A stretch of DNA of 63,556 nt, the filler included, from Psammoneis japonica (taxonomy: Eukaryota), in assembly GCA_008632985.1 (NCBI GenBank). It is 7 parts of 7 records of this genome, joined end to end, with 100 filler letters (N's around TTAATTAATTAA, not from the genome) between each part and the next. Parts side by side here need not be neighbours in the genome. Positions count along the whole stretch, not along the records: positions 48,425 to 57,546 come from QPGO01000536.1; positions 57,647 to 63,556 come from QPGO01000558.1; 5 more parts are not named here. The stretch is one strand, 5' to 3'. Positions 48,325 through 60,158 of this stretch are shown here, in pieces; the first letter of the stretch is position 1; each line of letters begins with the position of its first letter. The notes under the pieces are model-generated. The model saw only the letters and a program-made list of their open reading frames with translations, searched no databases and was not told the DNA's origin. The position numbers were made by a program, and so were the translations under genes.

Positions 48325-48424
48325 NNNNNNNNNNNNNNNNNNNNNNNNNNNNNNNNNNNNNNNNNNNNTTAATTAATTAANNNNNNNNNNNNNNNNNNNN
48401 NNNNNNNNNNNNNNNNNNNNNNNN
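48325..48424. other. Artificial scaffold linker
   Basis: N44-TTAATTAATTAA-N44. Confidence 0.98.
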
Positions 48425-48546
48425 ACGGAATCGGCGGCTTTCCGCTTCTTCATGGTCGTTTTGAGATTTGTCGGTCCACCAACATTTCGTAGTTTCGTTT
48501 CTGCAGATTTCGTCACCTCGCACAACATGCGGGAGTGACATTGCTG

Positions 48547-49417
48547 TGCCCCATGCATGTGCCAGGCGCTGAAAAAGAAGATGTGTTGCGACTTTGTCGT
48601 TGTGAAAATTGTGAGCTAGTTTAGAGCAGAGAAAATGGGATCGTGCGAATGGGGAATCTTGCCAAATCCCTGTTCGTTCGCATTTGGATCGCATCAAATC
48701 GATCGTGCGTTCGCATTGTGGATCGTGCGAATCAAGCCATCACGCGCNNNNNNNNNNNNNNNNNNNNNNNNNNNNNNNNNNNNNNNNNNNNNNNNNNNNN
48801 NNNNNNNNNNNNNNNNNNNNNNNNNNNNNNNNNNNNNNNNNNNNNNNNNNNNNNNNNNNNNNNNNNNNNNNNNNNNNNNNNNNNNNNNNNNNNNNNNNNN
48901 NNNNNNNNNNNNNNNNNNNNTGCATGCAGACAAAAGGTTATTTTGTCACGCCCTTTGTGACATTTAAAGGCTGCAACACGTCGCCGTGATGCGCTGGCTC
49001 TTGTCAGCAGCTGTGTGTTGCACTCCTCCCCATGTGTCACGCGACCCACGCTCGCGTGTGCTGACGCTGCACGGTTTTGGCAGAACAGCGTGGGTGCATG
49101 CGAAGGAACACACAGAACTGCACAGAGTTTTACGCGCTCGACAGTGACCAACGTTGCTGCAGACAACTCCCACTCGGGTTTCGAACCCCTGGCCTCCTGC
49201 CTGGTGGTTGCGATGCACCACTCCGCTGTGAATTCACAACGCAGCATGCATGCAGACAAAAGGACATTTTGTCACGCCCTTTGTGACATTTAAAGGCTGC
49301 AACACGTCGCCGTGATGCATTGGCTCTTGTTGGCAGCTGTGTGTTGCAGCTGCGTTGCCATGCACAAGAGGCTCATGCACGGTCTCGCCGTGTTGTCCAG
49401 CAGCGAGGCATGCTGCA
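48547..49417 (-). mobile_element. Probable solo or rearranged LTR of the Gypsy family at 56223-57546 (contains a gap and an insertion)
   Basis: 48547-48747 matches 56223-56420, and 49351-49417 matches 56588-56653. Confidence 0.6.
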
Positions 49418-49534
49418 CAAGAAAGTCATGTGGGTGGGCCGCTCCATCCAGGAACCAAACCACCAGCACTGGATCTTCTGCAATGTTGCCGGGGCGCAGC
49501 TGCTTGATCGCAGCAGAGGCTGCAATGACCGCTG

Positions 49535-50160
49535 TCATGTGGCCAGCCTCGATGGCCGCCGCCATGCTTGGCACTTGAACGCTGAAACAACCGGGCAGCC
49601 CAGCTCATCAAGCCTCCCCCCCTCACATGACAAATGGAAGCGGGGAAAAGGAAATGGGAAAGGGGAGCACGGACAACACAACACTGCCAAGCACAAAAAT
49701 CAATGTCAGGACAGCATGGAAATGACACACCCACAGACAAACTGACAAAAAATGACACCACCAAACAAAAAATTGTGCGTCAATTTGACAGGGTTCGGGC
49801 AGTGGACAGCAAGCAAAGGCCAAAAGGTGAGGCTGAAGGGAAAATGGGAAATGGGAAATGGGTGAAGTGCAGAGCTCAGCTCAAGCACAAAACAAACTTT
49901 GGCGAATGTTTGCAAAACTGAAAGAGAGAAACAAAATGCAGAAATGAGGTGCGCTGTGAAAGACACAGATGGAGCATGCAGCAAAGCAAGGAAGAAACTT
50001 CAGAGAGGAGCTGGCTGGTCTGAAACAACAGAAGAGTCATCGTTGGCTTCAAGGGCGGCGTTGTTCAGCTGCTGTTTGTTGGCATTGCCAAACATTTCCT
50101 GGGCTTGACGACAGAAAACCAGAGCTTCATGGCACTCTTGACTGAGTGGCTCAGGAATGA
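49535..50160. repeat. ~620-bp dispersed repeat; second copy at 55188-55808
   Basis: Near-identical CTCGATGGCCGCCGCCATGCTTGGCAC..GAGTGGCTCAGGAATGA. Confidence 0.9.
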
Positions 50161-50258
50161 CATCATCTGGGCAGATGAAAAGCCCGAAGTGGTGGAGGTG
50201 ATTGAGGCCGGGGTGGGAACGGCAGCACCGATGTTCTGGTGTCCTGGATCAGCTGGGA

Positions 50259-50569
50259 GACGGGTTCCAGCCCCAGGTGGGACTTTTTGTGACACTGGTT
50301 CTGCAGAATTCTGCGTGCAAGCTCCGCAGTGAAATTGTCAAGCAATGCATGTGCCCTTTGCAGTGTGTCCGGGCACACTCTTCAGTCACCAAAGAACACA
50401 CCCAGTGCATTTTCATTGTCACAGATGTGCACAACAGAAAGCATTTGGCTTCACAAAACAGGCAGTGTGGAACAATTTTTTACAACAGAACACGCAGAAA
50501 TGTGCACGCGAAACATGCGACGGATGACAAAAACGATTGTGTCGCAGCTCAGCAGTGTGAGGTCCCACC
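50259..50569. mobile_element. Shorter, truncated member of the GAC..GTC MITE family
   Basis: Left TIR GACGGGTTCCAGCCCCAGGTGGGAC. The right end stops at GAGGTCCCACC. Confidence 0.8.
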
Positions 50570-51496
50570 AGTGATCACATGGGCAATCGCTGCAATTGCC
50601 AGTGTTCGTTGGAGCCCTTGCATGAAAATTGGCTGAGGTGGCCAACCCAGCGGGCTGAAGGACAATTCTGAGAAGCCCGACAGCTGCAGAAGNNNNNNNN
50701 NNNNNNNNNNNNNNNNNNNNNNNNNNNNNNNNNNNNNNNNNNNNNNNNNNNNNNNNNNNNNNNNNNNNNNNNNNNNNNNNNNNNNNNNNNNNNNNNNNNN
50801 NNNNNNNNNNNNNNNNNNNNNNNNNNNNNNNNNNNNNNNNNNNNNNNNNNNNNNNNNNNNNNNNNNNNNNNNNNNNNNNNNNNNNNNNNNNNNNNNNNNN
50901 NNNNNNNNNNNNNNNNNNNNNNNNNNNNNNNNNNNNNNNNNNNNNNNNNNNNNNNNNNNNNNNNNNNNNNNNNNNNNNNNNNNNNNNNNNNNNNNNNNNN
51001 NNNNNNNNNNNNNNNNNNNNNNNNNNNNNNNNNNNNNNNNNNNNNNNNNNNNNNNNNNNNNNNNNNNNNNNNNNNNNNNNNNNNNNNNNNNNNNNNNNNN
51101 NNNNNNNNNNNNNNNNNNNNNNNNNNNNNNNNNNNNNNNNNNNNNNNNNNNNNNNNNNNNNNNNNNNNNNNNNNNNNNTTGGGGTTGGGTCAGGCAGAAC
51201 CAAGTGCTCTCGCGACGTCAACTCGATCGAGCTCCGCTCCGCTCCACTCTCTCTCGTTGAACTTGTCGCATCGAGCACTTCTGGGTTGGGGTCAGGGAAA
51301 AGGAAAAAAGGAAAAAAGAAAAAAGGGAAAAAAAGGGAAAAAGAAACAAAGGGAAACAAGGGAAAAAGGGAGGGGGGGACAGAGGGAAACAAGGGAAACA
51401 AGGGGAAAAAAGGAACAAAGCAAAACAAGAAAAAAATTTGGAGACCAAGGTTCGAGTCCTTGTCTCTGCCTTTTTTTACTTTTTTTTACCATTTTC

Positions 51497-54400
51497 ACAT
51501 TTGGTGCTGTTGATGAGGCTCGCTTTGCCAACTGGGGATCAAGAGGGCACGGAGGATGCGAGGACCTTGTTGCTGATCTCAACTTGAGCACAGTTGCCAA
51601 TGAGCTTGGGCGGGGCACGGCGATTGCGAATGTTGTCTTCAAGCGTGTTGACAAATTCTTGTCGGTTTTGACTCCGCACACATCCGTGACAAGGGATTTG
51701 GTGCCAACAAAGAGCTGGGCACTGGCGCAGCTGGAGTCAACAGCGGGGTGTCAGAGTGCACCATGTTGGGCAACGGGTTCGTTGCATCAGTGGACGTTGA
51801 GAGCCGGGTTGGGCAACTTGTGCACCTTTTTCAAGTGCGTGCTGTGCGTCATGCAATCAAAAGTGTGGTGGACAGTGTCCTTTGGAAGAAAGCCAAAACA
51901 AGGGTGCAGAGACTCAAAGTTGGGGTCCTTTGGATTGATCTCATGCTCATGGCATTTGCAGAAGAAATTGGACGTCGGGAGCAGGTGGTCATCAAGGACG
52001 GAGTCCACAAGCATGGCATTGTTGATGACATGATGGTGGTGATGGTTGCCGAACTTGTCAAAGAGGTTGGCAGTCGGTCGGCCTGGAGGTCAGATGCAGC
52101 ATCATGCTGCGTCTCATTGTCGGCGATTCTGGTGGTTGAGGGACAGATGGGTCCCAAGTGTTGTCACCTGTGAGGATGACGTGTGGCAAGGTGTCCCATT
52201 TGGCGTCAGTGTGTGGGAGCATGGCAATGTGCAGAAGGCCGCCTTTGATGTCAATGGGGATGACACATCCATCAATGTGGTGATGCACTGCAGACCACTG
52301 GGGACCTTGATGGGCCGATCATTGATGTCGTGTTTGTGCCGCTCAAGTTGACCGCAAGAGTGCATGGTCTTGCCCTCACCAGTGCAGGCATGCTGGTGAA
52401 GAGTGGTGATGATGGGGCCACGTTGGGTGTGGATGACACCACCCGCAGTGACAATGGGAACATCGACCAGCTGGTGATTGTCGACACCTTTGACATCAAC
52501 CTGGTGACCAGCGTGAGCAATGACATGAACATCGTCACCGGGCAACACCGCTGTTTGCACCGCAATTCACGTGGGTGCCTTTGCAAGTGGATTTGTGGGT
52601 CGAGGCAGAGCAGACGACATTGTGGTTGTTGACATGATGGTGTTCATGACCATTGATCTCAATGTCAGTGTCATCAAGCTTCTCGTCAGAGCAGACAGAA
52701 GGCACAGATCCGGGGGGTTTCTCTCCAGAATGGGCGGAAGGAGGCAGCTCAGGTGCAAGGAGACGTTGCAAGTCACTGGGTGGCAGAGGCTTGCAGCTGG
52801 TGAGATGAGCCAGAATGGGGTCAGCAACGCAGCATGGCATGGTGCGGAGCACAAGGAGCCGTCTTGGGGGCAAACGTGCTGTCGTGCTGTGCCATGGCAG
52901 AAAGCAGGAGTCCATGGCACTGCTCACAAGAAAGGCCCTTGCCATTCTGTGCGCGAAACTGATTGGCCTGATTCTTTGCCAAGCGCAGTTCTTCGACAGG
53001 GTGAACAGAGTTCTCAAGCATGACACGTTTCTGTCCAGCCAAGAAATGGTCCGTGCCCAGGATGAGAGCTTGCTTGAGCATCAGAGGAGCCAACATGTTC
53101 ACAAAAGAGTGCCTTGCCTTTGTCACTCTGCAAGATGCATTCGAGCACAATGACCATGTGCCCCCGTTGTTCATCGATCAGGGCCTTGTCCTCAGCTGCA
53201 GAGGGCTTGTGCTTCGGATCAAGAATGCGGTCAACTTCGTGGGAGCGGGCCTGTGCAATGATGGAGGTGTGCCACGTGTGCCACTGTTTGTCAGACTTGA
53301 GAAGCGCAAAGGTGAGTGGGTTGCGTTTGATGCCTTGTTTCAAGTCACGCATGGGGTCATGTGGTTTGGGTGGCAACAAGCCAGGAATGGGGGCAGAAGG
53401 TGCTGTGCCCATGGAGAGGGACGCTGCGTGCTCAGGACTGAGACGACAGTTGGTGAACTCCTCGTGTGTGAACAATTGGGGGTTGTTGCTGACATTGGTG
53501 CTGCCGCGCACTTTTGCCATGTGCAGGCTAATCAGCGCAGCTCTCTGTGCTTTGCAGCCATGTGGCAAGGGCGACGCGTTCCAGACGCAGGTGGGAATCC
53601 GTGTGACATTGGGCCCGCAGACTTCTGCGTGCGAGCTCCGTAGTAAAATTGTGCGGCAATTAAAATGTCAATGATCGCCAACAGAAAATGAGGCAATTTT
53701 GCGAACGCACAAACTCGCACATGATTGAAGTGCATCATTTTTTACTTGGCCAGTTACATTCTTCAGACATTGAAGAATGTAACTGGCGCATTGTTGTTTC
53801 TATATAAATTTGTCATGTAAAACGTCTGGGGTTTCGCAAAACAGCGAGTCTGGACAATTTTTTTTAAACATCACACGTGGAAATCTACGTGCGAAACATG
53901 CGACGGATGACAAAAATCATTGTTGTCACACGTCAGCACTGCGAGCTCCCACCTGGGGCTGGAACGCGTCGGGCATTTGATTGGCACCGTCGTTGCAAAC
54001 AAGGGCACCCAGTTGCGCAGGAGCAAAAGAAAAGAGGTCCTGATGCGAGTCAGTTCTGTCAATGTTGAGAGTGGAGTGCAGTGGACTGTCTGCGGCTTGA
54101 CCTCAGAACAGCACCCAGGATGTGCTCGAGGCCATCAATTTGTTGCTGTCTGGTCAGAACCATGTTGCAACTGGGTGAGTGTCGGGATTGGCCAGAGTGG
54201 GAAGGTGAGCTTGAAACAACTTGAAACTTGGCTTGAGTCTTGACTTGAAGTCTTGAGCCATCTTGCAAGTCAGAAGCCACCGTGCCATGACATCCCGTTT
54301 GCCTGCAGAGTTGTGCCGGCACGTCCGAACCCGCAGCTGGCGACAATTTGGGTTGCTTCAGAGCAGAGCAATGGGTTAAAAACCCCTGCTGACAAGCCAG

Positions 54401-55174
54401 CTGGAGGTGGACAAGACCTCCGAACCGTTCTCATTTTGTGTTGGTTGGATGACCCGATCAGGCCGGCCAAATTTGGCACTGTGGAGGGACGAACAAACAC
54501 GGGAGCTGCGCCCTTGCCCCAACGTTCGTGGACCTTGCAGGACTGCAGAAGACCAGCAATCCGGCACAGATGCAAGATGGTGGACTTGGCGTGTGCAAAG
54601 CAGGGCCAGAGTCAAGGGCTCATGTCGTGCGCACATGAGCACAAGCAGATGGATTGGTCTGTCTGCCAACCAGGGCAGAATCTGCTGCGGGGAATCCGGA
54701 ATCTCAGATTTCTGAGAATTCGGGAATTCCTGACCAAACAAATGTCCGTTGAACAAACACATGCAATGATGGGAGGTGTTGGACAAAACCAAATGTGTGG
54801 ATTTAATCCAGCATCCAGCAGCGAAGAAGGCAGACATGTGCTTCCACCGCCAGCTGTGCACGTCATCAAAAAATTTCTCGATGACAATGACGAACGCTCA
54901 GTGGACAAGAATGAGCAAGACTGTTGATCTGACAGAAGTTGAAGATGACTGGGTGGAAGAAAACAGTGACTCCTCGCTGCTGTCTGAGTGGCAGATGAGT
55001 CTCCATGTGGAGACTGTTGCAGGAGCCGAAAGACTGGTGTCGTGATGTCGGCACTGCTGTTGTTGTTCTTGTGAGCCATGTGGCTTGAAAGCAATTTGCA
55101 TTGCACGGTGTGCCCGGAGCTGAGAGCACACATGACTGTGTGCGACAAACTGAAATCTTGCTCAAATCCTGTCA
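51497..55174 (-). mobile_element. Diatom Copia-type LTR retrotransposon (LTR/leader, gag, protease, part of integrase), decayed
   Basis: TGACAGGATTTGA start at 55174. gag MVLTRQQQIDG and LKQGIKRNP..LKSDKQWHTW. pol motifs VDVKGVDNHQ, WDTLPHVILTGD..WDP, PALNVH and AQLFVGTKSLVTDV, with integrase following protease as in Copia. Confidence 0.9.
53573..53970. mobile_element. ~398-bp MITE (GAC..GTC family, second subfamily), TSD GGGC
   Basis: Complete TIRs, GGGC on both flanks, and an internal 16-bp perfect hairpin. Confidence 0.92.
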
Positions 55175-55809
55175 GCAATGACGACCATCATGTGGCCTTC
55201 CTCGATGGCCGCCGCCATGCTTGGCACTTGAACGCTGAAACAACCGGGCAGCCCAGCTCATCAAGCCTCCCCTCACATGACAAATGGGAGCGGGGAAAAG
55301 GAAATGGGAAAGGGGAGCACGGACAACATGACACTGCCAAGCACAAAAATCAATGTCAGGTCAGCATGGAAATGACACACCCACAGACAAACTGACAAAA
55401 AAATGACACCACCAAACAAAAAAATTGTGCGTCAATTTGACTGGGTTTGGCAGCAGACAGCGGGCAAAGGCCAAAAGGTGAGGCTGAAGGGAAAATGGGA
55501 AATGGGAAATGGGTGAAGCACAGAACTCAGCTCAAGTGCAAAACAAACTTTGGCGAATGTTTGCAAAACTGAAAGAGAGAAACAAAATGCAGAAATGAGG
55601 TGCGCTGTGAAAGATGCAGATGGAGAATGCAGCAAAGCAAGGAAGAATCTTCAGAGAGGAGCTGACTGGTCTGAAACAACAGAAGAGTTGTCGTTGGCTT
55701 CAAGGACGGCATTGTTGAGCTGCTGTTTGTTGGCATCACCAAACATTTCCTGGGCTTGACAGAAAACCAGAGCTTCGTGGCACTCTTGACTGAGTGGCTC
55801 AGGAATGAT

Positions 55810-56222
55810 TCAAGCCAAAAATGATCGCAAAGACATGGGCCATTTGGACTCGGAGTGAGGCAGTGTGGGCTGAACATCCTGCAAGAAGCTGACACCTGTG
55901 CCCAACTGAAGCTGCACCCACGCCACTGCAATGCATGACAGAACATGAGGCTGACCACAGCTGCGCCAGTGTCGGAGAAACTGCGCGCATTGGGATGTGC
56001 CCTGCTGCTCCACATCCAATGAACGAAAGCCACCTCCACCAAGAGCACATGGTCCAAACAGTGCATCATGTTTCGCACTGTGATTGCACCCACAGTTTGT
56101 GAAAATCGTGCACATTGCTTTCCGCTGGATCTCCAACAGCTCCTTTGGCAAGAAGCAAGTGTTCTGAAGATTGCAAGACACGGAAGACAAGTGGCGCACA
56201 AAGCAATGTGCCCAAGCTTCAT
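55810..56222 (-). mobile_element. Fragment of a non-LTR retrotransposon ORF (region downstream of RT)
   Basis: LFGP..LGGGGF..L..EQ..G..Q..FLRHWR..W.Q...G....L.D....LPH.E.KW..SLR.FL pattern, recalled from diatom LINE-like elements. Confidence 0.6.
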
Positions 56223-57546
56223 TGCCCCATGCATGCACCAGGCGCTGAAAAGAAGATGTGTTGCGACTTTGTCGTTGTGAAAATTGTGAGCTAGTTTAGA
56301 GCAGAGAAAGTGGGATCGTGCGAATGGGGAATCTTGCCAAATCCCCATTCGTTTGCATTTGGATCGCATCAAATCGATCGTGCGTTCGCATTGTGGATCG
56401 TGCGAACCAAGCCATCATGCGCTGTGCACGAGTGATGTCATCGTGTGGAATCACGCCACCATCGTGGGCCAGACGACGGGCTGGTGTGCTTCACACGGAT
56501 GCTCTCTTGGCATCCTTCTGGAATTGCCCAAGACCCAGAGCCACGCCCTCCTGTGGTCATGCTTCCCAGGTGCGTGTTGACAACACTGCGTTGCCACGTG
56601 CAAGAGGCTCATGCACGGTCTCGCCGTGTTGTCCAGCAGCGAGGCATGCTGCACACTCCCCATGATCAGGGCCGTCAAGTGACAGGATGTCTTGCTGGTG
56701 ATGGGGTGCAATCTGCCGTAGATTGTGCGCATCCATCAGCGCTCTGTTCTGGATGCACAACGTGCCATTGTCACACACACGGACAACTCTGGTGGGTCCT
56801 GCATGGCTGTCAGAACCGCATTTAGAGGATTGTTCCTGTTTGACAAGCACCAATTGCCCGACGGCACATTGATGCTCCTTGCGTTTCTGATGTTCATGCT
56901 TGTTGTTCAAGTGGACAAGCTTCTGCTTTCTGGTTTCTATGTGCTTCCACTTGGCACGATGGGCAACAGATGAAACCGCATTGCGTCCGAAGACCAATTG
57001 CATGGGACTCACACGCGTGGTCGCATGTGCCGCAGCTCCAATGGCGAAGGCCACTGCAGAGAGGATGCCACTCCATGGGTCATCTTCGTCCAGTTCCACA
57101 CCCTGTGCTGAAAAGGAACATGCATGTTGCCAAGTGTCTGGTGTGCACGTTCCACTGTGGCATTCGCCTGTGGATTCTGTTTGCTTGTGGGTTTCTTCAA
57201 AATCCCACAGTCATTTTTAATCATCTGGCTGAATTCTGCCATAAATTCTGTCCCACGGTCATAAACCACCTGGGTTGGCCACGGATGTCTGCATGGCCAC
57301 GTTTGTTCCACGACGTTTGCTGCGACGTCTGCGCGTTTCGTAGACACTTCTTCAATCTCGAACCATCGGTTGCTGGGTCAATCATTGTGACTGCCCACAA
57401 TTGCAAAGTGTCCTTTCCGCGTCTTTGAATTTTATGTGGCCCTGTCACATCCATGCATGGAGTCTCCCATGGAATTGTCTCTGCGACCTTTTCTGGTGGC
57501 TTCCCACAACGCTGCGTTCGGCGTTTTGTCTTCTGGCATCGATCGC
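56223..57546 (-). mobile_element. Gypsy-type LTR retrotransposon 3' end (integrase, PPT, ~430-bp 3' LTR at 56223-56653)
   Basis: Integrase motifs TMIDPAT, YDRGTEF, NPQAN..VER.HQTLGNM, SPMQLVFGR and a GPY/F-like tail. A purine tract GGGGAG precedes a TG..CA-bounded segment repeated at 48547-49417. Confidence 0.85.
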
Positions 57547-57646
57547 NNNNNNNNNNNNNNNNNNNNNNNNNNNNNNNNNNNNNNNNNNNNTTAATTAATT
57601 AANNNNNNNNNNNNNNNNNNNNNNNNNNNNNNNNNNNNNNNNNNNN
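57547..57646. other. Artificial scaffold linker
   Basis: N44-TTAATTAATTAA-N44. Confidence 0.98.
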
Positions 57647-58075
57647 GAGGTCTGGTGTCCTTTGGCTTGCAACCACAACCCACCTCTGCCACAGAGACAG
57701 AGAGTGTCCACAGAGTGATGCAGGCAATCAACTTGGCGACTGTGCAGGTGCGATCATATCGTCCGTTCGTTCAGGAGAGACAGGAACCCAAGCTTTTTGG
57801 GTCGCATTTTCGAGAAGAATGTGTTGGAAAGGGCTTGAATGGATAAAGCCATTCGGCTTTTGGGAACATTCATTGCTCGTGAACGACATGTTCAAACGAA
57901 CGATATGATAATGAGATGGAGAAGCGATGACAGTGCTTCTCAAACGACTACTTGATGATGTGAGTAAAAAAGTAGTTGCTTGCTTATGTTGGACGTAAGT
58001 ACTCGAACAGAATAGTTTTCACAGGATTTGCTTTCCTCATATCATTAGAGACGCTGCTTAGTTTTCCACCTATGC

Positions 58076-58568
58076 TTATACCGCGTTGAGAAGGACACCG
58101 CAAAGAACTATCAACAGTGTCCCAGCGAAAGCGAGCAACGTGCCTGTTGGTGAGTCTGGCGTCAGGAGGAGTATCGAATCGAAGCCATTCTTTGACTCGG
58201 AAGTCCAGCTTGGCTGGTCCCATGGCTTCCAAAAGAGATCCGGGTACTAACGTATGTTCCGTTGGCAAAGAAGTCTTGGGTGCACCTGCTTCATCAAACA
58301 GCGTCACTTGCACAGAAGCCGAACCGTCCAGCACGTACGCACAAGTCATTTTCCCATCATTGACCGTTTCCGACCAAGATCCCTTCTTGAGCTGCTGTGG
58401 CCAGTCGCGTACACCAAGCGAGACAGCTTCATTCTCGGAGGGCATCTTGACTTCCAGCATGGATTCCAAGAGCTGCGTTCGTGCGATCTGACATCTGGGC
58501 TTTGGACTTGTAAAGCCCTTGGCTTGAACAACGAGAAACAACGAGGCAACAAGAGCTTTTAGCATCAT
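58076..58568 (-). CDS. Small, probably plastid-targeted cupin-like protein with a C-terminal TM helix
   Basis: Signal peptide ending AKG-F, then LGVRDWP and YVLDG..V..L.PG motifs. A one-base shift in the A run at ~58190 gives ILLLTP..LLAFAGTLLIVLCGVLLNAV*. Confidence 0.55.
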
Positions 58569-59041
58569 CTTTACTATCTCAAAGCCACCTGAAACGGGAC
58601 TCTTTAAGTTGACGAGAGTTGCTTTTTAAAAAAGTATAGCACGGCTTGCTGTCCACCTCTTCGAACTGCTTCGATGTTATCAACTCTCAATGCTTACTTC
58701 CCTACTCTTTCGGATTCGCATGCATACACTGTAGGGCCTACTACTACTTGTGTTGTTGTCATTGACACCGAATCAATCCGTCAAAAGATATTTTTAGATT
58801 TGGAACGTCACCCATGACGTCATCTGTAGAAGCAATACTGTACTAGTGCCCACGTTGAACGTGATGGAGAAGATTGCACGCGCGCGACGGTGGACATCAG
58901 GCGCGCGCGACATTTTTTGGGATTGGCAACAGTTTTTGGTGTTCCTGCTGTTGCGGCAGAGAACGAAGCAAGGTGCATCTAAAATTGAAAAGAGTTGAAA
59001 TGTTCATTGTCAATACTAGGCGATGAATTGCTGCTGCTTTC

Positions 59042-60016
59042 GTGGAGAAAGAGAATCTTGAAATCATGCCGGGAGGGATTCCGATTTGCGTGCTCGAGAC
59101 ACAATTGAAACTGTTTCGTGTGGTGCATTGCAAGGGCAAAACCTTTGCTTCTGGCGGATTTGGCGTATCAATGACAAAAGAGGAGGAAGATCTTTTGAAA
59201 TCAAAATTGTCAACGTCAAACGATGATGTCGATGCGCAGCAAAGTTTTGACGGCCACGTGGAAAAGACAGATGCCCGAGCTTCACAAGACGAGGACGGGT
59301 CAGTCTCATCGTCGCAGTATCTCTTCATCGAGGAGGCGCTCTTTCTTCACGAAAGGGGACTTCTTGATGTGCACAATGACAAGGACCAAAAAATGGAATC
59401 AATTAATTTGTACAAGCTGTTACCGGAACTGGATGTGCCTCTTCCAATCTACTTGGCATATGCACACTTGAGGTCTCAAACCTTTATCGTTCTGCGGCAT
59501 ACTCCTCAACGACTTGAATTAGTGAGAAAAGTTGCGGATTTCTATGATAAAAGTTCATCATCTACACCTATTGGTACAGCCACTGGTGATGACAATTCCC
59601 AAACATGGAAGAAACGGAAGAATACAGCTACTCTTCGCAATCTCCGACGAGAGCTGCGCGATGATGCTCGAAACGCCCCGCCGCCCAGAATATGCAAGAG
59701 CGACAACACTGATATGATTGCGTTTCACGTCTATCAACCGAACTCTGCATTTCGAAAGACAAATCCTGGTCCACCCGATTTCTGCGTAGCCATTGCACAT
59801 TGCAGTCTGCCCTCGCCAACCATGACAGAGATTTTTGCAATGACTGCAGCTTGCGACGGGATTCCTCTTCGTATCGCAATTGTAGCGGACAGCGGAACTG
59901 TAATCATGTTTGGTATTTCCGACGTGGGCGTTCCCACTCTTGACAAACCGGCTACAAAGGACGCGCCATCCGCTGAGGACACGGGATCGTCAGCTGCGTC
60001 GGACTCGAACGAGTAA
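59042..60016 (+). CDS. TSEN54: tRNA-splicing endonuclease subunit Sen54-like protein (true start uncertain)
   Basis: KGK..G..YLFIEEALFLHERGLL, YLAYAHLRSQTFIVLR and FHVYQPNSAFRKTNPGPPDF. Confidence 0.75.
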   Translation: MEKENLEIMPGGIPICVLETQLKLFRVVHCKGKTFASGGFGVSMTKEEEDLLKSKLSTSNDDVDAQQSFDGHVEKTDARASQDEDGSVSSSQYLFIEEALFLHERGLLDVHNDKDQKMESINLYKLLPELDVPLPIYLAYAHLRSQTFIVLRHTPQRLELVRKVADFYDKSSSSTPIGTATGDDNSQTWKKRKNTATLRNLRRELRDDARNAPPPRICKSDNTDMIAFHVYQPNSAFRKTNPGPPDFCVAIAHCSLPSPTMTEIFAMTAACDGIPLRIAIVADSGTVIMFGISDVGVPTLDKPATKDAPSAEDTGSSAASDSNE

Positions 60017-60158
60017 TTCATCATCGTACCATCGAGAATAAGACAAGCAATGTGTTTCGGCCTGTTTAACGACGCAAGTAGAAGCTGGAAATGTTCCGCA
60101 CACCAACCATCACTCGAATGCACTTTGGAGAGGAAGAGAGAAGCGCTGATGAAAAACC

